A stretch of 64,000 bases of DNA from a virus. The translations under genes and the position numbers were made by a program. A model generated the notes under the pieces. It did not search any database and was not told the DNA's origin. It saw only the letters and a program-made list of their open reading frames with translations. The first letter of the stretch is position 1; each line of letters starts with the position of its first letter. Where the stretch lies: IMG/VR virus record IMGVR_UViG_3300028883_000992, positions 27,136-91,135 of that record; one strand, 5' to 3'. This document shows, one piece after another, positions 42,401 through 50,936 of the stretch.

Positions 42401-43156
42401 ACCAGTTGTCGTATGCGTTCTCAAATACCCTTCTGGATAACCACTTTGTTTTCCTGATGGTCTTTTAACCCTACAATTACCAGTACAAAAAACATATTTA
42501 CCAAATAAAGAATTATCTAAATGAAAATCAATTCTTGTATATAATTTATCAAAAATTCCTGCTATTAAATCGTAATCGTCACTATCATATAAATCTAAAT
42601 ATGCATTACCTTCAGATTGTGTATTCTCACCAGAATCCCTTCCACATAAACCAAATATAGGAGAACCATCACGTTCTGAATATGTCCCAGTAGTAGAAGA
42701 AAAACATGTACGATTACTATCGTCTTGACCATCACATACACGCACTTGAGTATTAGGTGAACTAAAATAGATATAAAAATCTTTTGTAGTAGCACCATTT
42801 CCCGCATCCCATTCAAACACTAATGCATAAGCACTAGAAGAAGATAAGTCCCACCCAGTAGAATCATTAACAGAATCCCACTGTAGAGATTGAGCTACAC
42901 CACCAGTAACAGAAAAAGTAGTATAATTATCTCCTATCCATGTACCAGAAGGCGTACCACCGTCAGTTAAATGCTGTATTCCAACATTAATATCATAAGT
43001 ATTACCAGTAGCAGGAGATTGATAATAAAAAGCTACTGTATGAACTGTGTAATTATTAAAAGAAGTAAATCTATATGCAGCGGTTTCATTAGCTGCATCA
43101 ATATAAGGTAAAGCCTCTTGTGAATCTACATAATGTCTGTTCCCAACATAAGCCAT
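39401..43156 (-). CDS. Multidomain virion protein: carboxypeptidase-regulatory-like Ig, DUF2341-like, BNR beta-propeller
   Basis: LNGVIRDGDDNLIENA..TNSDGEY; FRKRIDF...DRNDL...YYIQYG...FYDNFE; DTHYYPQVITD..H, Y......LFIFYRR. Confidence 0.6.
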   Translation of the reverse strand: MAYVGNRHYVDSQEALPYIDAANETAAYRFTSFNNYTVHTVAFYYQSPATGNTYDINVGIQHLTDGGTPSGTWIGDNYTTFSVTGGVAQSLQWDSVNDSTGWDLSSSSAYALVFEWDAGNGATTKDFYIYFSSPNTQVRVCDGQDDSNRTCFSSTTGTYSERDGSPIFGLCGRDSGENTQSEGNAYLDLYDSDDYDLIAGIFDKLYTRIDFHLDNSLFGKYVFCTGNCRVKRPSGKQSGYPEGYLRTHTTTGTATGYQIATNNELLSYGHDPESVQQYLGGNDSAVAISTSMYCSFYILAKNNFGYWRLQCVTIDTSDSMFDDMKNVSFNRGDWIYYKTEDQGSTWTRPSSSGTYYHPCFWFSGQVYLNGVIRDGDDNLIENASAISSDGEDVVTNSDGEYIIKILSTATNNDHYVNFRYSHMQMTPRYWYSTAVTNFSSLGTADSYVGDDEYWYGYKLQDHRGNYYAFRKRIDFDTSLGDLHTGCVYKQEFQTGYGVPIFTSADFNAGLQVGAAKNIHYDNGRTYFAIRNHSGQAIIKYYDHFEDRYSSAVNLGYINATPSGAGSFSTDTHYYPQVITDDNHYVYMFMSKHHVYSSDYNYWPTYKRSSAPGDIVNWSIWKYPTSFAESSLYGCSYLRVRKNPVTGNLFIFYRRMEDDDGAHNSSFVIQKYDVDNDLWYPQRQMAMFDHVDTGDGFGTGPKSIYCGGVEFDENGICYAVLCYLYNYNNTPQWEVCNKFIWSPNIEDSIPDWYTINGTALGTLAYWDEGGDVTTNIYGTAYPSGGTNEDYLQLLTHTTTINADGTDYSVRLPLVLLGETDSDEYPFFYTVYHWSTSDTEWKRINISSASGAYIDDPLTFGGHVLDDNNYSYVFGFVMPNVARDNFSDEGIHTEWTSNDYAYFKSSDNNWNSTTTFKLNIVRRNNDMGNGMSVTKNSYIDNYTIEGLYQYGKKVFYFQNKDYGYIRKDRNDLIVICSSSPIACCVEEVNTENSNVYFPIQGYIPKSTGQPQRYRYYIQYGYQGSAWFAESDPTEIWSFYDNFEHYTIDTSIVHVSTFRWSAYDEDELATPNIPIYNISSSSDSILTLGGANINKIASGWRACYFSDNITNTAFCATAMNSTTEAGANFDGWIRFADVDYKQFIGFYTSGHTIVGIGVGGGAACRTNIGQVRMFTGTTMKDCTYYDVASARVTQYANFAIKIGNGHTTNFYYDGTCVGTMTSTGLGGVNTAFFGCGDGSQEYFFDFMKISKREE

Positions 43157-43546
43157 CTAACATAACTCTTTACACTTATCGCATCCATTGTTTTTCTTTA
43201 TGTGTTCAATACATTTACGATTTACATTAAGTTTTTCTATAGAATGATTTAATACATCAATCCTATAAAGTTGCTCATCAGTTCCAAAAAACAAATATCT
43301 ATTTTCTATATTGCCATTTTTATTATCTAAACTACCAATTTTTAATTCAACTGTAGTTCTATAGAAATAAATAAGACTATTATTTTCACAATTTATTTTA
43401 ACAGTATCAAGATCATCTATTAACAATATAAATCTCTTAACTGAGTTATGATCTATATCACTTAAAGATAAATCAGTATTATAAAATATTGTACTATCCC
43501 AACAAACTATTTTCCAACCATATTTACGACTCGTCATATTGCACAT
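43157..43546 (-). CDS. Hypothetical protein
   Basis: WKIV.WD...LIYFYRT...LFFG; loosely resembles 44017-44421. Confidence 0.6.
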   Translation of the reverse strand: MCNMTSRKYGWKIVCWDSTIFYNTDLSLSDIDHNSVKRFILLIDDLDTVKINCENNSLIYFYRTTVELKIGSLDNKNGNIENRYLFFGTDEQLYRIDVLNHSIEKLNVNRKCIEHIKKNNGCDKCKELC

Positions 43547-44027
43547 GATATATTCCTGTCGTTGTATTAAATGAAGAATTTATTGCATCAGCAGTTACAC
43601 CTAATTGCAATACTAAAAAATAAGTCCTATCACCAATATCAGTTATACTATTAGTTGTATCCCAATCATACGCAGTAGCTTGATCATTATATCCATCATC
43701 ACAGGTATGAGTAGCCCAATCACTTTGACCATTACTAATTGAATCAGGTGTACCTGAAGTATGACCTATATACTGCCTAACACCAGTAACAGGATTATAG
43801 TCTTTCCAAATTTTAAAATTAGTAACTGCTGTATCTGGAGCAATAACACAATGAGCTTTTATAAGTATTTCACAAGAATAATTGGTCCCAGAAGATTGAC
43901 TATCAGGTATACCTATAGGATAAATACCTGTAGAAGTATCATGACTCCTAAATGCGGTTTCACCATCAACCGTAGATTCATTAAAGGTACTCTGATGAAA
44001 TTCAATAAAATCAAAACTAGCGGGCAT
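43524..44027 (-). CDS. Putative virion structural protein (Ig-like)
   Basis: YSCE..IK, VTNFKIW, FLVLQL.V, C-terminal QYDES. Confidence 0.55.
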   Translation of the reverse strand: MPASFDFIEFHQSTFNESTVDGETAFRSHDTSTGIYPIGIPDSQSSGTNYSCEILIKAHCVIAPDTAVTNFKIWKDYNPVTGVRQYIGHTSGTPDSISNGQSDWATHTCDDGYNDQATAYDWDTTNSITDIGDRTYFLVLQLGVTADAINSSFNTTTGIYHVQYDES

Positions 44028-44421
44028 ATTCCTTTTCTACAGCACTTTCCTTTACCATATGTTTATTTATAGGTAAACTTATAACAAGATGACGATCATT
44101 TACAAGATCATAACAAAAATAATGCCTGTGCTGACCAGTTCTATATGATATTGATTCAAGATGTTCAACGGACCTCATTCCTCCACCTAACCCACCTGCC
44201 CATCTCTCATGATGAGCATACCAAAATTTCATATGATCCATTGAAGTGTTTTCAGGTAAATCAATATATTCACCACGTATCAACACAGACACTTTTTTTA
44301 TATAAACATTTAATTCTTTACTATGGCGAATTAAACGCCTGAACTCACTAATATCACCCTTCTTATATAACTGCTTTCTTGTCCAAATTTCACCATTGGA
44401 CAATTCTGCTTTCCATTCCAT
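44017..44421 (-). CDS. Hypothetical protein
   Basis: MEWKAELSNG start, AAGG RBS. Confidence 0.6.
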   Translation of the reverse strand: MEWKAELSNGEIWTRKQLYKKGDISEFRRLIRHSKELNVYIKKVSVLIRGEYIDLPENTSMDHMKFWYAHHERWAGGLGGGMRSVEHLESISYRTGQHRHYFCYDLVNDRHLVISLPINKHMVKESAVEKEYAR

Positions 44422-44433
44422 AACTTGCCTTTC

Positions 44434-45141
44434 TTAACTATATGTAACACTAATCTGTAAAAATCCCCAATTACAAAAACCTACTGACTGACTATAAGGT
44501 ATAACACTAAGTCCAATATACCAATTATGTTGGGTATCAGTTCCTCCAACAGTAGTAAGTTCTAATTTAGAACTGTTTCCCGGAGTTTTTTGCCAATCAG
44601 TTATACCAGTGGCACTAACTTCACATATCATTACAGAAGCAAACTCAAAATCTACAGTCCCACCAGAACCAGATGAAATCCAAGCATAAACTGGGTCAGC
44701 ATCAACAGCATTATCATGCTCAAAACGCAATCTAAAGAAATCATACTGATGCATCTGTCTATATCCATCTTCCGGTGTAACACTAGCAAAACCACCTTCA
44801 GGTATTCTAGATGTATGAAGAATAGAATCAGTATCACCATGACCACCTGCTGTAGTATATTTATACCATGAACCACCAGATGTTCCTGCTGAATGAACAT
44901 AAGACACACAGTTAAAACCACCTGCATCAATTTTAGTTCCAGTAACGTCAGTAGAACTAACACCACAAGCGAATCTACCTACATATGTACGTAATATATT
45001 ATCAGGCCATGCTGAGGAATCATATCCAAAACCTAATGCTACAGCATCCCATTCACCTGCATGAGCAGAAGCTCCACCTACAGTGGCAAAATTAGCTGTA
45101 TCATTACCTCCTATATGACCTTGCAAATAAATACTAGCCAT
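44434..45141 (-). CDS. Putative virion structural protein
   Basis: Gly/Ser/Thr-rich beta protein, strong AGGAG RBS. Confidence 0.55.
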   Translation of the reverse strand: MASIYLQGHIGGNDTANFATVGGASAHAGEWDAVALGFGYDSSAWPDNILRTYVGRFACGVSSTDVTGTKIDAGGFNCVSYVHSAGTSGGSWYKYTTAGGHGDTDSILHTSRIPEGGFASVTPEDGYRQMHQYDFFRLRFEHDNAVDADPVYAWISSGSGGTVDFEFASVMICEVSATGITDWQKTPGNSSKLELTTVGGTDTQHNWYIGLSVIPYSQSVGFCNWGFLQISVTYS

Positions 45142-45143
45142 TT

Positions 45144-45620
45144 TTACTCCTTCTTAGGAAGATTTTCTATTTCTTCTTGAATTACTAAGTAAGTAGACAT
45201 TGGCAAATCATTATCAAAACAAAGTTTCTTCATACGTAAAAGTGTATTTTTGTCTTGATGTGTAAACCCTTTAGTGTATTCCTTGATTTTATTTTTAGCT
45301 CCACGACCTTTAATAACATCTAAAAGCTGTTCGTCAGTAATAGGGTCGATAATCTTACCATCAATTTCTACACCTATAGGATTCCCGCTATCATCAAGTT
45401 CCTGTAAAAAACCACGTTGTACATATTTATTACGTAGTATCAACTTACGATCAAACTCTGATACATAATCAATAGTATCTCCTTCTTGACCATAAGGCTC
45501 AAAAATCAGATTACCAACTATAAACTTACCGTTATGTATATTTCTAAAAGTATAATACTTTTCTTTTCTTACAATGGCAATTTCTTCTCTGCCATCTCTT
45601 TCTAAAACCTCTCTAGCCAT
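45144..45620 (-). CDS. Hypothetical protein following the major capsid gene
   Basis: AAGGAG RBS, synteny. Confidence 0.65.
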   Translation of the reverse strand: MAREVLERDGREEIAIVRKEKYYTFRNIHNGKFIVGNLIFEPYGQEGDTIDYVSEFDRKLILRNKYVQRGFLQELDDSGNPIGVEIDGKIIDPITDEQLLDVIKGRGAKNKIKEYTKGFTHQDKNTLLRMKKLCFDNDLPMSTYLVIQEEIENLPKKE

Positions 45621-45643
45621 TATCCATTCTCCTTGTATCTAAA

Positions 45644-45664
45644 GGGGGATTTATTTCATCCCCC
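45644..45664 (-). terminator. Stem-loop after the major capsid gene
   Basis: GGGGGAT-GAAATAA-ATCCCCC followed by TTT, just after the stop. Confidence 0.6.
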
Positions 45665-45670
45665 AACTTT

Positions 45671-46711
45671 TTACGTTGCTACATATAAGTAACAAGGTCT
45701 ACCGGATTCCCAAACAGCACAACCCATTCTACGTCCCATAGAATAAGACACTTTACGAGTTAGAGCATCACGGGTTTCCATAACCTGAATTGGACCTTGC
45801 TCTGCAAAGATACCAAATGTATCATAAGGAATAAGTATGACCTCACCCGCAGGAATAGCATCACTGCCACCAACACCTGCACCTATAATTTGTGACTTTG
45901 ATGTACGAACAATCTGCTTACGCACACCAACAAGAGGTACATCCTTATAACCTTTAATATGCATACTCCTAAAAGACTCTTCCTTAACAAATTCAGGAAG
46001 ATGATCTGTAAGAGAAGCAGAAGAAAGATTAGCAGCATCCATTAAAGTCGTTGTACGTCCAAAAAACGCCTTTGGACCTTCCTCAGAATTATCTTCTACC
46101 CACTTAATAGCAGTATCAAGTGCACTAATACTTAACGTACCTGTAGCAGAATTAGCATGCGTACCTGCCTTGAAACTATCACGTATAGCACTCCACATCA
46201 ACATATTAGCAGCACCAACAAATTGTTTACGTGCTTTATTAACCTGACTCTGGAAATCATAGAACTTACCAGAAGCAAGTAAATCTACGTTGAAACTAAA
46301 AGCTGCATAAATAGAATCAAAATTCAGAGTGAATTCTTCTGTACTAACTTTAGTAGTAAACATCTCAATGTGATCAGTTTCATCACCAAGCCAATACAGA
46401 GTAGGTTCACCTTCACGCTGATAAACAGGTTGCTCAGTAAATTCATACATACCATCATAAGGCATAAGAATTCCTGTTAAATCCTGAAATGGAGCTTCAT
46501 CCATCAATCTGCGATATACAATATTAGCAACAACATAAGCTGCTGAATCAGTGCCAATTTCACTGCGGAGTTCAGCAAAAGACTCTTTAAGCTCCATAGC
46601 CTTTTCTGAATCAGTCTTTTCCAAGACCTTTGTTTTATCTCCACTGTCATTGACAGATTTAGACTTATCAACAGCAGTTGCAATTAACTCATTTAATCTA
46701 TTAGTATCCAT
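45671..46711 (-). CDS. Major capsid protein (probable HK97 fold)
   Basis: 346 aa after protease/scaffold/decoration; AGGAG RBS and 3' hairpin; GYKDVPLV and R.G.AVW C-terminal pattern. Confidence 0.75.
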   Translation of the reverse strand: MDTNRLNELIATAVDKSKSVNDSGDKTKVLEKTDSEKAMELKESFAELRSEIGTDSAAYVVANIVYRRLMDEAPFQDLTGILMPYDGMYEFTEQPVYQREGEPTLYWLGDETDHIEMFTTKVSTEEFTLNFDSIYAAFSFNVDLLASGKFYDFQSQVNKARKQFVGAANMLMWSAIRDSFKAGTHANSATGTLSISALDTAIKWVEDNSEEGPKAFFGRTTTLMDAANLSSASLTDHLPEFVKEESFRSMHIKGYKDVPLVGVRKQIVRTSKSQIIGAGVGGSDAIPAGEVILIPYDTFGIFAEQGPIQVMETRDALTRKVSYSMGRRMGCAVWESGRPCYLYVAT

Positions 46712-46730
46712 ATTATCTCCTAACTAAAAA

Positions 46731-47372
46731 TTAATAATGTATAGGTACATAGCCGCCAGTTGCTGTATTATAATAACCTGCATCAATACGGTGAGGAATG
46801 GCCCTAATCTCAGCAAAAGCACCACGACCATAAGGAGCCGCACTCTGAGCGTCATAATAAGTAAGATAGAAACATGCATTAACACGGAAACCAGTAGTAT
46901 GCTCTACCCAACCACAAGCAGTTTGAACATTAGACCAGTACCCCGGATGACTTCCATTTTCTGCTAAAATAGGCAATACAGGCTGAAAAGCACCACCAGA
47001 ATAAGCAGCATTAGCACTATTTACATCGTTACGAGCCAAAGTCTCTTCTGCTGACCAAGTAGAACTATAAACACGATCAGTCCTATACCATCCACCATAA
47101 TGAAAGGTAGCTTTACGTGGATATGTGGCAGTCGCAGTAGACTTATCTTTAGCGTCAGAAGTTGTACCACCATACACATTGACAAGTGGATTATGATTTT
47201 CCCAATCAACAAGGTAACAACACTTGGCTGCATCAGCCGAACTACGTGGTGGAGCAAATTCCATATTCCCAGTAGTGGAATCAAAACCTGTAGGGTAAAC
47301 ACCACTGCCACGATACGCAGTACCAGTTAATACACCTTGTATAGATTTTCCATATTTAAGAACAGTTAACAT
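46731..47372 (-). CDS. Putative capsid decoration/cement protein
   Basis: Lies between scaffold and capsid genes, AAGGAG RBS. Confidence 0.55.
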   Translation of the reverse strand: MLTVLKYGKSIQGVLTGTAYRGSGVYPTGFDSTTGNMEFAPPRSSADAAKCCYLVDWENHNPLVNVYGGTTSDAKDKSTATATYPRKATFHYGGWYRTDRVYSSTWSAEETLARNDVNSANAAYSGGAFQPVLPILAENGSHPGYWSNVQTACGWVEHTTGFRVNACFYLTYYDAQSAAPYGRGAFAEIRAIPHRIDAGYYNTATGGYVPIHY

Positions 47373-47385
47373 ATATTATCTCCTT

Positions 47386-48189
47386 TTACTTTATTGCATA
47401 AATATTTTTCAAAATTTTATCTACGGTAGAATCTTTGTCATCAGACTTGTCTTTTCCATTTGGAACATCTTGACTAGCACCAACAAGATCGTCCTTAGAA
47501 GAAGCAGCCAACTCAGCAATACTATCAATATGAGCCTTAAAATCGTCTTCGTTTAAACTTGCAGTAACCTTAATGAGTTCATCAACCTTCTTAACCAGAA
47601 CTTCCTTATCAAGTTTAAGATCAGCAAACTTATCATTAACATAAACAACACGTTCAGCTATAATCTTCTCTGCAACGAGTTTATCTTTCTCTTCTTTTAC
47701 CGATTTAATCTCATTATCTTTATCTTCACTGGCCTTAGTTAGTTCATCAATCTTAGACTGTAATTCATCTCTTTCCTTCTGAAAAACCTCTTCAGCATCA
47801 GCCATATTCTTATCAGACTCAAAACTCTTTTTAAGTTCATCCATCTTTTTATCGTAATCAGCTTTCAGATCAGCAACAGCCTTATCTACTTTAGCCTTTA
47901 ATTGTTCCCCAGTGTACATATTACCTCCGTTATTAATATATGCAGAAAGATCATTTTTTACGTCTTCTGCAATAGATAAATTCTTACTTTCACTTAAAAT
48001 ACGATCAATTATATAAATTCTTTCTTTCTTTGTATAAATATCGTCAAAAAATCCTGTACCTAACTTGGCTACAGATAACTTAATAGAATCTTCATCATCC
48101 AATGGTAATATATTGTTAGTTTCATCTGCAAATACCTTACCATTTTTTAATGTATCATCTACATTAACATCAAGTTTACGTATTTTCAT
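47386..48189 (-). CDS. Capsid scaffolding protein, with probable internal start at 47919
   Basis: Acidic/Lys coiled coil; GGAGGT RBS before in-frame Met91. Confidence 0.7.
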   Translation of the reverse strand: MKIRKLDVNVDDTLKNGKVFADETNNILPLDDEDSIKLSVAKLGTGFFDDIYTKKERIYIIDRILSESKNLSIAEDVKNDLSAYINNGGNMYTGEQLKAKVDKAVADLKADYDKKMDELKKSFESDKNMADAEEVFQKERDELQSKIDELTKASEDKDNEIKSVKEEKDKLVAEKIIAERVVYVNDKFADLKLDKEVLVKKVDELIKVTASLNEDDFKAHIDSIAELAASSKDDLVGASQDVPNGKDKSDDKDSTVDKILKNIYAIK

Positions 48190-49066
48190 TTTGTAACCTC
48201 ATGTTTAAAATAAATCTATAAGTCTCATTATCAATTTTATCTTCATCTAATATATCTAAAACTGAAAAACCTTTAGATGCTGCTGACAATCCAACTGCAC
48301 CTTTATCAGCAGGATAATCAACAACAGCAGCACCAGTATAAGTTAAGTCATGTAAAATTCTTGCTGTCCCTGTCATCCAACGATCTTCCAGATGTTCACA
48401 GTAATCTGCTTCACGATAAAATGTTCTACCACATTCACCACATGTACAAGACTCAAAATAAGTCTCCATTGAAAAATAAAGTTGGTTTTTCTCAAACAAT
48501 TTTCTAATATCATCAGCCTCAACTGGAAAACGGTTTCTATAAATTATTGCCTTGCAATAAATATACGAGTCTTCGCCATATTTATAACCATACTGATTAA
48601 GTTGGGCACCTTCAATTTCATTTAAAGAATATTTATCTGCTTTATAAACCTTGTTATTAATAGTATCAACAAAATAAACTTCATCAATATATCCTATAAC
48701 ATACGTACCTGTGTGCCCCTTATATTCAGAATATACTATAGGTTTACCTAATGCAGTATGTGCAGATGATTTAACTTCTTCATATGGCATTTCATCTAAA
48801 TTGAGATTCTTATTTGCATGACACAATTTAAAACCAATATTAATAGTATCTTTTACTTCTGCATCAGTATAATTTAACTGATCAGGTTGAAAAACAAAAT
48901 TAACACGTTCAGAAGATTTAGATTGATCCTTATCTTTGAAAATATTCACACACACCGCAACACGCTGATCATCTTTAGGAAACTCTTTTCGCATTGTTGC
49001 ATCAGACATACAACGTGAAACAAAATCGCTTTGTTTTTCATCTTTATGTGGCTTTGGTAATGGCAT
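48176..49066 (-). CDS. Prohead maturation protease
   Basis: NKNLD..., FSME, CTCGECG..YCEH, GAAVVDYPAD; N-terminal MPLPKP..E...FVSRCM module. Confidence 0.75.
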   Translation of the reverse strand: MPLPKPHKDEKQSDFVSRCMSDATMRKEFPKDDQRVAVCVNIFKDKDQSKSSERVNFVFQPDQLNYTDAEVKDTINIGFKLCHANKNLNLDEMPYEEVKSSAHTALGKPIVYSEYKGHTGTYVIGYIDEVYFVDTINNKVYKADKYSLNEIEGAQLNQYGYKYGEDSYIYCKAIIYRNRFPVEADDIRKLFEKNQLYFSMETYFESCTCGECGRTFYREADYCEHLEDRWMTGTARILHDLTYTGAAVVDYPADKGAVGLSAASKGFSVLDILDEDKIDNETYRFILNMRLQNENT

Positions 49067-49077
49067 TTATATCTCCA

Positions 49078-49410
49078 TTATTTTTTCAATATACTCATAA
49101 TTTCTTTATGATTATCACTAATATCACATTTAATATCTGAAAGCTGCTTGTCTATATTTAAAACCTCCTTTTGAATACACGCATTTAAAAATGGATGTGC
49201 ATTAACATTACTAGAATGTCCTTCAATTGCACGATCAACTATTATATGTAATTCGTCTTGAATTTCCTGTCTAAATCGAGCGTTTTGATCTGTAATATCA
49301 TTTAATTTATAAAAAACTCCACCTGCTGTACTAACTACAGTAATTAAAATAGTTATTGTGGAGAAAAGTAATACTCGGTGTCCATTCATAGCGTCAATTA
49401 TTTTTTTCAT
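49078..49410 (-). CDS. Single-TM plus coiled-coil protein (holin-like or membrane protein)
   Basis: VLLFSTITILITVVSTAGGVFY TM segment. Confidence 0.45.
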   Translation of the reverse strand: MKKIIDAMNGHRVLLFSTITILITVVSTAGGVFYKLNDITDQNARFRQEIQDELHIIVDRAIEGHSSNVNAHPFLNACIQKEVLNIDKQLSDIKCDISDNHKEIMSILKK

Positions 49411-50936
49411 TGATCCTGCCTTTTGTTTTTCTTTTTCTTGTCTTGCTTCTTCTCATTTGGTTTCATAGGCTGCGGATTATTATCAGTTTCTTCAGTTTGA
49501 TTACCTTGAAACGGCTGTTCAGGTGGAGTCATTAATTCATCAATGCCCTGTGATTCTTCGTCTTCTCTACGTTTAACCTCAGTATCAAGATCAAAATCAA
49601 TCATGTCAAGATACGTGCGTTTACTAAGACAACCAGTGAAATAAACATCATGCATCAATGCCATATGTAACGACTTATTTGCGTTAATACGTTCCATATC
49701 AACAGCAGGAGTTATATCAATATTATTTTGCTGTGCAATCTTAGTTAATATATTTATCATATAATCTTTAATCTCAAATTGTGCTTCCTTTGCTGTTTCT
49801 GCAAAATAATTAATTTCCTGCTCTACATCTTTACTGCCAGATAAACCAAATAAAACAGGTGGAATACCCATTGCAATCATAAAGCGAGTCATTTCTGGCT
49901 CATATTTCTTTTCATAATCAAGTATCTCTGTATTTGGAATAATATCATTATAATCAACATCATGTGGAGTAACAAGTACAAAACTTGGTTCTGGATCATC
50001 AAGAAGATTTTTAAAAGCCGCTAACCTATTATTATCAGCAGGAAATTCGTCGGTTCCCAACTTAAAAAGTAAAATACGTTTGATAATTCTATCAATAACG
50101 GCCCCATCCATTTCACGTTTCTTATGTAAGTCCCTTAATGTACCTAAAACATTAAGTCCATATGGAACTCCCCAAACTTGATGATGTGATATAGCCCTTT
50201 TAATATGATAAATCAGTTTACTATTAAGTTCAATAGTATTACCACGATAAGTATTTGTTCTAATTTTATCTAATGTACTGCGTTTTAATGTACGTTTAAT
50301 TGGGGCAACCTGTGGATTGGTTCTTCCGTCCCTACGTAAGACATTAACATCAACTTCTAAATTATATGAAACTTCACCAAAATCAGAATATGTATCATCA
50401 ATTTTAATTTTGTTAGGATTAAGACACATAATCTTAGTGGGAAGTTTATAGTTTTTACCACCTATATTAACATTCTCCCAAGTTTCATATGGAAAAACAT
50501 TACCTAATTTCCAATATTGATGTACAATAACTTTTTTTAGTGAACGTATACCTGTAGTAGCTATTGATAAATCTCTATTAACATTTTCTGCCCAATATTT
50601 AATTATCTTATCAAACTCTTCATTTCCACTATCTAAAAATTTTAGCCTCGTTGCACTAAATGTAACATATAAATCTATAGCTCTCCCAAATAAATCTTCC
50701 CAAAGATATAGACGATTCATTATGTCAAAAACATCTTTGATATTCTTTTCATCAAGATATTGTTCTAAATTTGGATCAGCTTTTAAATATGGTATTGGTA
50801 AATCTGGATTGCCAACACGCTTAGGTAACTTAATGGCAAAAGCCTGTCCTATATCAATATTTTTATTTGTATAAATATTGTTACGCACCACATTAGTACT
50901 AATATTTTTTTCATCAAAATTTATATTCAAGCCCAA
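49407..50936 (-). CDS. Portal protein
   Basis: Follows TerL; GNVF, LNP, IYHIKR...WGVP, MGIPPVLFG; charged C-tail. Confidence 0.85.
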   Translation of the reverse strand: MGLNINFDEKNISTNVVRNNIYTNKNIDIGQAFAIKLPKRVGNPDLPIPYLKADPNLEQYLDEKNIKDVFDIMNRLYLWEDLFGRAIDLYVTFSATRLKFLDSGNEEFDKIIKYWAENVNRDLSIATTGIRSLKKVIVHQYWKLGNVFPYETWENVNIGGKNYKLPTKIMCLNPNKIKIDDTYSDFGEVSYNLEVDVNVLRRDGRTNPQVAPIKRTLKRSTLDKIRTNTYRGNTIELNSKLIYHIKRAISHHQVWGVPYGLNVLGTLRDLHKKREMDGAVIDRIIKRILLFKLGTDEFPADNNRLAAFKNLLDDPEPSFVLVTPHDVDYNDIIPNTEILDYEKKYEPEMTRFMIAMGIPPVLFGLSGSKDVEQEINYFAETAKEAQFEIKDYMINILTKIAQQNNIDITPAVDMERINANKSLHMALMHDVYFTGCLSKRTYLDMIDFDLDTEVKRREDEESQGIDELMTPPEQPFQGNQTEETDNNPQPMKPNEKKQDKKKKNKRQDQ

